A stretch of DNA of 64,000 nucleotides, taken from contig DAOVET010000004.1 in the NCBI GenBank assembly GCA_030668825.1, positions 296 through 64,295 of the forward strand. The letters are read 5' to 3'. A model generated the notes under the pieces. It was not told where the DNA came from. It did no database searches and saw only the letters and a list, made by a program, of their open reading frames with translations. The DNA is from Candidatus Heimdallarchaeota archaeon (lineage in GTDB: Archaea > Asgardarchaeota > Heimdallarchaeia > Heimdallarchaeales > Heimdallarchaeaceae). Of the stretch, positions 56,878 through 64,000 are shown piece after piece. The position numbers and the translations under genes are program-made. How positions within the stretch are numbered: the first letter of the stretch is position 1; every line of letters begins with the position of its first letter.

Positions 56878-57023
56878 GTCGCCCTTTAATCCTCTCTAAT
56901 AACTCTTTCATCGAAACTATATAAATTTAACCGTCAAATTAATTTGATGCCGAAATGTTTAATAGTGTTTATCGAAAACACAATTTGATGATTAAATTAT
57001 TATGATATTCAAACTTTTAAATT

Positions 57024-58061
57024 ATGGAAAATGGTGTAAAAATGAATGTAAAAATTGAATCTGAAAATAGCGAATTAAAGATGCGAGCATGGGATTTTGC
57101 AAAAGATCATGAAAATGTCATTAAACTATTAGATATTGTTTTTGAGAAAGAGTTGGAAGCAAAGGGATTGAATGTCAAAGTGATATTTGATGAATTCAAA
57201 GCTGTGCTTCCTCTTATGAATTTCTTGGGGATTTTTTCTAAAAACTATAAACATATGCTAGATGGTTACGTTTTTGAAAAAGAAGATGGAGAAATTGTTG
57301 CTTCAGTTAATGTAGGTTATAGTATTTTTTATTGGGAAATAGCAATGGTTGCTACTCATCCGGATTATAGACGACGAGGGTTGGCTAGACAGCTTGTAAC
57401 AACTGCAATTGACCATGCTAAAGAACTTGGAGCTAAGCTGTGCGTGTTAGAAGTTTTAGATGTAAATGAACCCGCTTACAAATTATACCGTAACTTGGGT
57501 TTTGTTCATTATGACAGTATCACTAGACAAAAATTAGATTTTAGTAAACTTTCTAATATTCCTACTGTTGATCTTCCTGAGGGGTACGAGCTTCGAAAAC
57601 TTGATAGGAACAAGAAATCTAACCAAGCAAGATATGATTTAGATTTGAGGGTTACACCTGAAGATGTTCAAGTTTTTCATCCCATTGATAAAAGAAGATA
57701 TTTCAAACCCCTATTGATTCGATTGATACGACCTTTAGCTAAGTTTCTACTCAAGATTAAATGTTTTGATTGGTTAATTTATACTGGAGAAAATCTCGAG
57801 GGTCATGTTTCTGTATTTCCAAGCCGAAAAGCAGGTTCACCTCACAGAATAAATTTGATGCTTGATCCAGCTCATAGCCAAGTTCTTTCGGAACCAATGA
57901 TAGCTCACAGTTTAGTAACTCTCAAGAAAAACACAACAAATGAAGAAAATATAATTGTGGAGTTTAGAACATCAGAGATAAAACAATTGGAAACAACTAG
58001 AAAGTATGGTTTTACTGATGTTGAAACGATGCATCTGTTAGGGTTGAAAATTGAGGAGTAG
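57024..58061 (+). CDS. GNAT family N-acetyltransferase
   Basis: 'IAMVATHPDYRRRGLARQLVTTAIDHAKELGAKLCVLEV...AYKLYRNLGF' carries the acetyl-CoA binding motifs A/B (R-x-x-G-x-A). The C-terminal half is a second, degenerate GNAT-like region. Confidence 0.75.
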   Translation: MENGVKMNVKIESENSELKMRAWDFAKDHENVIKLLDIVFEKELEAKGLNVKVIFDEFKAVLPLMNFLGIFSKNYKHMLDGYVFEKEDGEIVASVNVGYSIFYWEIAMVATHPDYRRRGLARQLVTTAIDHAKELGAKLCVLEVLDVNEPAYKLYRNLGFVHYDSITRQKLDFSKLSNIPTVDLPEGYELRKLDRNKKSNQARYDLDLRVTPEDVQVFHPIDKRRYFKPLLIRLIRPLAKFLLKIKCFDWLIYTGENLEGHVSVFPSRKAGSPHRINLMLDPAHSQVLSEPMIAHSLVTLKKNTTNEENIIVEFRTSEIKQLETTRKYGFTDVETMHLLGLKIEE

Positions 58062-58364
58062 GCTCAATCAGTTCTTTTTCGATGAATCTAATCTAAAGAT
58101 ATTCTAAACTATTTACTTTTGAACAAATGGTGAAATTTAATGGTGGAGCTATTAGGAAGAAGCTTCCTTCTCCCTCCCTTATCCGGTGTTGAAGCTCCTA
58201 CCACTAGGATATTATGAAGCCAGTCAAGAAAGGAAACCATTAAGTTCCTTTAAGAATGCCGAAAAAAATTGCAGTTAGATTGCATGTCACTAGATTTTCT
58301 TAGTGTTTTTATACCATTCACTTGGCAAGGTAAACTTTAACAATTCTTGGAGTGATTTTATTCT

Positions 58365-59837
58365 GTGCCAGAGCTAAGATTGCTTGAAAAAGCTACTACC
58401 CGACTAAAAACCAACAATTACGCTCTTCTTATCCAGATTGGCATATGCCTTGTTCTTTTTCTCACTTCTGTATTTGTTCGAATAGCTCTTCGTACTTGGT
58501 TTTTGTCTCGCTACGACACTAGCTCTTATTTTTCTCTTGAAGGGTACCAATGGGAAGTCTATAATGATCCTGAAGTATATTATCAGCATTATCTTTATGC
58601 ATTCAAATATGAATCTTGGAATCCTTATGCTTTCGACAGAGAATTTCCACTTACTGGTTATGTTTATGGTCCTTATTTTGTTTTCTTCTTAGTAATTATT
58701 TCCTATTTTATTGATATCTTCTATCCGGGATTACCTCGTCTAGACAGAGCCTGGATGACCGTTACTTTTACTCCTCTGATCTTTGATTCTATCACTGCAG
58801 TTTTCATCTATCTTATATTATTAAAGAAACCACAAAATGGTAAAAGAAACAAGTTAAATCAGTTCTACTCGCTCTTTGCAGCTGTTATTTTCATTTTCAT
58901 GCCTTTGGTTTTATTCTACAATGATTTTATATTTCTCAATTCATACATGTTCACTACTTTCGCTGTAATCTCTTTTTATTATTTACAAAAATCTAAATAC
59001 AAGCTTTCAGCTTTCTTCATTGCATTATCAGTTCTCACTAAACTTAACGCGCTATTTTTAGTACCTCTCTGGTTTCTCTATCTCTTCAGACTCGATAGAA
59101 AAATTGCTCTTAAATATCTAATTTATTTAATAATTTTCTTTTCCCTTCTCTCATTTCCCTGGATTTTAATCAAACCTTTCAAGTATGTTTGGTTACAAGT
59201 ATGGCCTGGAGGAACGTATAATACTATATTCTCTATTTCACCCACATTCAAAAGATGGCCAACCACGCCTTTTCATGCGCTATTATTTTGGGGGATGGAA
59301 GGATTAGCAAAAGTCTATTATTATCTCAATATGGCTTATGTTCCCTTGCTTCTATTCCTTATTCTCAGCTATTTTACAGTTCTACTCAAAGCAAACCATT
59401 TTCAAAAAAAAGAGAGCTCATTCATCTCTTTTCAAGCGATGTTTATCATAGGTACTCATGTTTTTCTCTCTCGAGGAAACTACAAGTATTATGATTCATT
59501 CTTAATTCCTTTTGTTGTTCTTGCTTTAGCTTCCAGAGCTCAGGATTTTGATAAGAAATGGGTAGGGTTGGGACTTTTTGTAGTATTCGCGGGATGGATT
59601 TCTTTACTTAGCATATGGATCATAGTTAAAGTCAAATGGTTACACATTTTCTACACTATCCTTATGATGCTAACCATGGTTGTCACTTTTGATATCCCTC
59701 TTCACACAGCTTTTTACAGAAAAACGAATTACAAAGATCTCTTTGACTACCTTAAAATTCAACTAAAAGAAATAAAGGAAAATAGATTTAAGAAAAGGGA
59801 AAAGAGAAAAGAAAAGAAAAATTCTAAACACAAGTAG
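58365..59837 (+). CDS. Polytopic membrane protein, possible GT-C-fold glycosyltransferase
   Basis: 490 aa, ~12 TM helices, aromatic-rich loops, lysine-rich C-terminal tail. No catalytic motif recognised; the call is by topology only. Confidence 0.4.
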   Translation: MPELRLLEKATTRLKTNNYALLIQIGICLVLFLTSVFVRIALRTWFLSRYDTSSYFSLEGYQWEVYNDPEVYYQHYLYAFKYESWNPYAFDREFPLTGYVYGPYFVFFLVIISYFIDIFYPGLPRLDRAWMTVTFTPLIFDSITAVFIYLILLKKPQNGKRNKLNQFYSLFAAVIFIFMPLVLFYNDFIFLNSYMFTTFAVISFYYLQKSKYKLSAFFIALSVLTKLNALFLVPLWFLYLFRLDRKIALKYLIYLIIFFSLLSFPWILIKPFKYVWLQVWPGGTYNTIFSISPTFKRWPTTPFHALLFWGMEGLAKVYYYLNMAYVPLLLFLILSYFTVLLKANHFQKKESSFISFQAMFIIGTHVFLSRGNYKYYDSFLIPFVVLALASRAQDFDKKWVGLGLFVVFAGWISLLSIWIIVKVKWLHIFYTILMMLTMVVTFDIPLHTAFYRKTNYKDLFDYLKIQLKEIKENRFKKREKRKEKKNSKHK

Positions 59838-61908
59838 CTTTTGTTACGAGCCTTTCCCATTTTTCATCGACAGTATCTTGAATTTCAATCAATTTCTTCT
59901 TCCATTCTGGCTTGAATAAATGTCTGAATCTTCCTTGAGGTTTTAAGTAATCTTCAATTGGTAATTTTCTATCTGGATTTTTAGCTAATCTAGAAGAAAT
60001 TCCGGTTAAAACCCAATCTTCTTTATAAGTGTAAAACAATGGAAAGAAACAGGTTTTCACAGCTAATTTTGCAATTTCCATGGACATATCTGGAGCATAC
60101 CTTTGCCCTAGATTACATGGGGAATCAACTAACATAAAGGCAGGACCATCGTGTTTCAGAGCTGCTTGTACTTTAGCCATAAGATCTCTTGGATAAGCTG
60201 GACTTGCTGTAAATGTTGGGATATCATGTGCAGCCATAATCTCAGCTAAGGGTTTTTGCCATTCTATTTTACCCGGAATAACAGTTCCAGGTGGGGTTGT
60301 TGTTGTTGCAGCTCCTTGAGGAGTACCACTAGAACGTTGAATGCCTGTATTATGAACTACAATACCATCTGCAATAAAATTATGTTCATCCTCAACTCTA
60401 AGGTCAATTGTTGGTTCTTCTTTAATGAATTCGATAGAAACAATTTTCTCTGAACTGAAGTATTCATTATCAGCTAAGAAATCCCTTTGTTTAGCTTGTG
60501 AAAGATATTTGTTTATATTTGGTTTCTTCTTTTTGCTAAAACAAACATAACCATAGGTACTATCTTCTAATAACTGTCTATAAACTACAAAGGTCCCTTT
60601 TTTCTTTGTCTGTTGGTGGATTTTACCAACTCTATAATTTATGGTTTGTAATAACAATCTTAATGTTTTGAGTAATTCATAACTTGCAGATACATACCTA
60701 TTACTTTTACCTATAGAATATCCATCAGATTGCATTAATCCCTTAACGAAGGCTTCCTTTTCTTCATAAGGTAAAGTAAAGACCCATGAAGGAATAATTT
60801 TATTTTTGGCGCCTTTACCAAAATCAAGACTATCAACAAAACGTGCAAGATTTACGGAATAGAGATAGACATCATTTTGATGAGCTGTACTGGGTTCCAA
60901 ATCAAAGAGTTTTTTCGACAAGAATACTAACCTTGATCTAGCTTCAGAGTTTTCTGGAAATGAAAATCCTGTTTCTGCTTTATGTGGTCTAGTCCAACCA
61001 TCACCTACGTATAGTCCCAGAAATTCCATCAAATCAGGATTACTCTCTTCTGGAAGTTTTATTTCATTAATTTTGTGAACTTTATAATCTCCTTTCTTTG
61101 AAATTTTAATTTCCTTAAAAGAATAACGCTTCCCATCATTCATATCTTTTAAAACTATTATTTCATCACCAGGTTTTAATTTTTCTAAAGTTTTCCAAAT
61201 CAACTTGTTTTCATAATTTTTCCGACTTCGTTGCACAGTTAAAAATGGGTGATTTATTGTTGTTTTTATCGAATGATGTAATGTTTTTAATTCATACACT
61301 TCTTTTATTCCGTTATCAAATATTCCACTACATTCTTTCAAAACTAAATCATTAGTATTTTGATCAAAAGCATAAACTAGTTCCCCCAATTGGATATCAG
61401 TAACTCGCTTAAGACCATCCTTTGTCATAATATGAGTATCTAGGCTTAAACAATTCATGTATGCGCCATTATTGTAACATACGTAAAGGAAGTCATGACC
61501 CCGTTCTATAGCCCCAGAAAGGCTCTGGAGCCCAATATCATAAGTCCCACCATCACCTCCGAATACTATCATGTTAACATTGCGCTCTCTCATTAATCCT
61601 TTTCTTTGCATTGACTTCATAGCTTCTATTGCTCCAGAAGCTGTTGCTGCGGCATTTTCGAATGCATTATGTAACCATGGTACATCCCACGCTGTGTATG
61701 GATAAACTGTGGAAGCTACTTCTAGACATCCTGTTGCATTAACTATCATCATTGGATCTCCAAGAACCTTTGCAGCTAATGTGACTTGTCTTGCCATTGT
61801 TCCAGCTCCACATCCAGCACATAATCTGTGCCCAGATGTGAATACTTCACCAAGTTTTGACCATTCTTGTAAATCTTTTACAGATACTTTTGGTAATACT
61901 ATCGCCAT
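59824..61908 (-). CDS. porB: 2-oxoacid(pyruvate):ferredoxin oxidoreductase beta subunit (TPP-binding), containing an intein
   Basis: Extein: 'CAGCGAG' Cys cluster, '[39 protein letters not shown]' | '[10 protein letters not shown]' (the canonical PorB 'YMNTGxQ' TPP/Mg motif is split). The spliced extein is 326 aa, typical for PorB. Fourth gene of the porGDAB operon. Confidence 0.85.
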   Translation of the reverse strand: MAIVLPKVSVKDLQEWSKLGEVFTSGHRLCAGCGAGTMARQVTLAAKVLGDPMMIVNATGCLEVASTVYPYTAWDVPWLHNAFENAAATASGAIEAMKSMQRKGLMRERNVNMIVFGGDGGTYDIGLQSLSGAIERGHDFLYVCYNNGAYMNCLSLDTHIMTKDGLKRVTDIQLGELVYAFDQNTNDLVLKECSGIFDNGIKEVYELKTLHHSIKTTINHPFLTVQRSRKNYENKLIWKTLEKLKPGDEIIVLKDMNDGKRYSFKEIKISKKGDYKVHKINEIKLPEESNPDLMEFLGLYVGDGWTRPHKAETGFSFPENSEARSRLVFLSKKLFDLEPSTAHQNDVYLYSVNLARFVDSLDFGKGAKNKIIPSWVFTLPYEEKEAFVKGLMQSDGYSIGKSNRYVSASYELLKTLRLLLQTINYRVGKIHQQTKKKGTFVVYRQLLEDSTYGYVCFSKKKKPNINKYLSQAKQRDFLADNEYFSSEKIVSIEFIKEEPTIDLRVEDEHNFIADGIVVHNTGIQRSSGTPQGAATTTTPPGTVIPGKIEWQKPLAEIMAAHDIPTFTASPAYPRDLMAKVQAALKHDGPAFMLVDSPCNLGQRYAPDMSMEIAKLAVKTCFFPLFYTYKEDWVLTGISSRLAKNPDRKLPIEDYLKPQGRFRHLFKPEWKKKLIEIQDTVDEKWERLVTKATCV
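60349..61452 (-). mobile_element. Intein (368 aa) with LAGLIDADG homing-endonuclease domain, inserted in porB
   Basis: Begins '[13 protein letters not shown]' (block A, Cys1) and has 'TINHPF' (block B). Two LAGLIDADG motifs: '[13 protein letters not shown]' and '[14 protein letters not shown]'. Ends '[10 protein letters not shown]' followed by Thr+1. The insertion lies exactly between N and T of YMN|TG. Codon positions were verified on the DNA (TGT at 61450-61452, AAT at 60349-60351, ACA Thr at 60346-60348; minus strand). Confidence 0.82.
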
Positions 61909-61915
61909 CTTTTCT

Positions 61916-63142
61916 TCACTTCCTATATCCTACCCAGTCAGTTGTTGAATTTATTCCAATATTATTGTACTCTTTTGACATTTCGTAAACTTCTTCAATT
62001 TCTGGTAGAGTCAAAACTCTTCCCCCTAGTCCATTTATGTATCCGTGGAGCGATGGAACATTTTCTTTTCCATACAAAGCTGATGCAATATCGGTTTGAA
62101 CTATGGTCCCAGGTGACCCAAATGTTGCTGATCTATCTAAGATAGTTGCAGCTTTTATTCCACTTAGCGCTTGAAACATATCCATAGATGGAAATGGTCT
62201 GAACAGTCTAATTTTGAGAGCTCCTACTTTTTCTCCTTTTGCCCTTAAGCGATCAACGACAGCTTTAGCATTTCCTGCTGTAGCTCCATATGAAACAAAA
62301 GCATAATCTGCATCTTCCAGTTGATATTTTTCTGTTATTTCCATTTTTCTTCCGGACAATTCACTAAACTCTTGCATAGCATCCTCCGTTACTTTGTATG
62401 CATTTTGCATTGCTTCTTCTTGTTGCCTTTTTATTTCCATATAATAATCTTGTAAAACTAATGACCCAAAGGTTTTATTTTCATCAGGACAAAATCTATC
62501 TCTTACTATTCTTGAAGCTGGAATAAAGTCGTCTACTTGTTGTTTACTTAGAGTTTCAACCCTTTCTAATGCGTGTGTAACAATAAAACCTTCAATACCA
62601 AACATTGCTGGTAACATGACATCAGGATGTTCTGCTATTTTGAAAGAGAGTATCGTTTCATCATATGCTTCTTGTGCTGATTCACCAAACAGAGAGACCC
62701 ATGATGCATCTCTACAAACGAGTTGATCTGTACATTCTCCATGAATATTGATTGGTGCTGAAAAAGCTCTATTCGCTACTGCTAGAACTATAGGACATCT
62801 CATTCCTGATGCAACATACAATATTTCATACATCAGAGCAAGACCAGCTGATGCAGTTGCTGTAAACACTCTTGCGCCTGTTAATGAGGCCCCTACACAA
62901 GCTGACATCGCACTATGTTCTGATTCAACTGATATAAAACTTGTATCGACCTCGCCATTATTAACAAAATCACTGTATCTTTCGGCAATTATTGTCTGTG
63001 GAGTTATCGGATATGCTGCTACAACATCAGGATTTACAAGTTTAGCTGCATGAGCTACAGCTTCATCTCCTGTCATTCCAACTACTTGTCTTACTCCACT
63101 CATCTTGTAACCCTCCTCATTTCGATAGCATCTGCTGGACAA
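61916..63142 (-). CDS. porA: 2-oxoacid(pyruvate):ferredoxin oxidoreductase alpha subunit
   Basis: '[35 protein letters not shown]' is the PorA N-terminal signature. The true start is probably the ATG at 63101-63103 ('MSGVRQ'), preceded by 'gaggaggg' 7 nt upstream and overlapping the porD stop (ATGA). Confidence 0.88.
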   Translation of the reverse strand: MSSRCYRNEEGYKMSGVRQVVGMTGDEAVAHAAKLVNPDVVAAYPITPQTIIAERYSDFVNNGEVDTSFISVESEHSAMSACVGASLTGARVFTATASAGLALMYEILYVASGMRCPIVLAVANRAFSAPINIHGECTDQLVCRDASWVSLFGESAQEAYDETILSFKIAEHPDVMLPAMFGIEGFIVTHALERVETLSKQQVDDFIPASRIVRDRFCPDENKTFGSLVLQDYYMEIKRQQEEAMQNAYKVTEDAMQEFSELSGRKMEITEKYQLEDADYAFVSYGATAGNAKAVVDRLRAKGEKVGALKIRLFRPFPSMDMFQALSGIKAATILDRSATFGSPGTIVQTDIASALYGKENVPSLHGYINGLGGRVLTLPEIEEVYEMSKEYNNIGINSTTDWVGYRK

Positions 63143-63417
63143 TGTTTACTACAAATTCCACATCCTTTACAGAAAGCCATGTCACATTCAGCCTTTAAGT
63201 CATCATCCATAATTATTGCTGAATCTGGGCAATAGTAATAACAATTCATACAACTAATACATTTTTCTTTATCTATGATGGCTTTAAATGCAGACCAATC
63301 TCCAGTCTTATACCCATAAGCTGTATGGTAAGGAACTGTTCCCCCCATCGGGAGTTGGGATGATCCCCATTTTTCTTTAGTCCATCTAGAAAATTCATCT
63401 GGTGCTTCTTTTGTCAT
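63100..63417 (-). CDS. porD: 2-oxoacid:ferredoxin oxidoreductase delta subunit (2x[4Fe-4S] ferredoxin)
   Basis: Two CxxCxxCxxxCP motifs: 'CISCMNCYYYCPDSAI' and '[16 protein letters not shown]'. The start codon overlaps the porG stop (TAATG). Confidence 0.85.
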   Translation of the reverse strand: MTKEAPDEFSRWTKEKWGSSQLPMGGTVPYHTAYGYKTGDWSAFKAIIDKEKCISCMNCYYYCPDSAIIMDDDLKAECDMAFCKGCGICSKHCPADAIEMRRVTR

Positions 63418-63980
63418 TATTCCACCTCTTCAAATGCTCTATTAATAGCAACAACATTTTTCTCCCCCAAAACACCTTTAAATCTGTTTAGAGTAACTTT
63501 TTTTAAGCTCTCTATCTCTACCAATTTTGTAACTTTGATTAACGCTCCTAACATTACCAAATTAGGAACATTTCTCCCGATTTCCTCTGTTGCGATTATT
63601 GACCCTGCTACCTTGTAGATGTTTGCATGAACCCCCTCAAAATATTTAACAAGTGAATCTTTTTCCCCATCATAATTCACTACAATTGTCCCCCCATCCC
63701 TTAATCCTTCAACTACAGGAACATCATCTAATAATGTAGGATCTATGACAACCACAATATGGGGTTCATAGACTTCAGTTTTTTCGTAAAAAGGTTCTGG
63801 TGAAATTCGAGCATAAGAAGTTACTGGAGCTCCAGCTCTTTCTGGACCAAAATTTGGAAAAGCATGCACATATTGTCCTTCTAAGATAGCTGCTTCAGCT
63901 AGTAATCTGGATGCAGTAACCGCTCCTTGTCCACCTCGACCATTAATTCTTACATCAGTGATTTCAGCCAATATTTTCAC
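63417..63980 (-). CDS. porG: 2-oxoacid:ferredoxin oxidoreductase gamma subunit
   Basis: 'VRINGRGGQGAVTASRLLAEAAILEG' is the PorG N-terminal glycine-rich signature. GTG start at 63980, or a TTG 3 codons downstream that has a 'gggtga' Shine-Dalgarno at good spacing. Confidence 0.85.
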   Translation of the reverse strand: MKILAEITDVRINGRGGQGAVTASRLLAEAAILEGQYVHAFPNFGPERAGAPVTSYARISPEPFYEKTEVYEPHIVVVIDPTLLDDVPVVEGLRDGGTIVVNYDGEKDSLVKYFEGVHANIYKVAGSIIATEEIGRNVPNLVMLGALIKVTKLVEIESLKKVTLNRFKGVLGEKNVVAINRAFEEVE

Positions 63981-64000
63981 CCTTTAAACAAGAAATATAT

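Noticed and set aside
63104-63142. Annotated porA N-terminal 13 codons overlapping porD
   Set aside because: The ATGA stop/start overlap and the GAGGAGGG Shine-Dalgarno favour the downstream ATG (63101-63103). The extension is probably not translated.
1-64000. CRISPR arrays, tRNA, rRNA, transposases/IS elements
   Set aside because: No regularly spaced direct repeats, no GC-rich cloverleaf-like segments in intergenic regions, and no transposase/integrase-like ORFs. The only mobile element found is the porB intein.

Overview
This is a 64-kb AT-rich (roughly 30% GC) archaeal chromosomal segment, densely coding on both strands, with no rRNA, tRNA or CRISPR array detected. Several gene products have a eukaryote-like domain signature: a Ras/Rab-like small GTPase, a two-domain gelsolin, and a ubiquitin-like/E1/E2/RING/JAMM cluster. 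A family of Roadblock/LC7-like domain proteins sits beside the small GTPase. Together with the Asn/Ile/Lys-rich proteins, this points to an Asgard (Lokiarchaeia-like) archaeon; that assignment is an inference.

The most striking element is a co-directional minus-strand cluster at 11.7-24.8 kb. It holds a surface beta-helix protein, a soluble about 230-aa protein, and three giant (1064-1210 aa) paralogous single-pass surface proteins. Each giant protein carries a signal peptide, a large N-glycosylation-sequon-rich ectodomain, one TM helix, and a cytoplasmic copy of the same about 230-aa module. A fifth copy of the module is the ORF at 163-1239. The N-terminal half of the module looks Roadblock/LC7 (MglB)-like, and a small Ras-like GTPase gene lies 5 kb away, so this may be an undescribed receptor-like transmembrane signalling family.

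Other notable content:
- A complete ubiquitin-like conjugation locus at 29.7-35.3 kb (E1-like, Ubl ending in Ala-Gly, membrane-anchored RING-like protein, JAMM/MPN+ isopeptidase, UBC E2).
- An ICMT-like membrane methyltransferase next to two CPBP (Rce1-type) intramembrane proteases at 41.6-44.6 kb, a CAAX-processing-like pair.
- A porGDAB 2-oxoacid:ferredoxin oxidoreductase operon whose beta subunit is interrupted by a 368-aa LAGLIDADG intein at the conserved YMN|TG site.
- A 2-domain gelsolin, an AN1-zinc-finger/polytopic-membrane fusion, and an orphan gamma-class N6A DNA methyltransferase.
- Housekeeping genes: Nnr, DegV, PurA, deoxyhypusine synthase, rhodanese, an APC transporter, an MFS transporter, MscS, GNAT, Csp.
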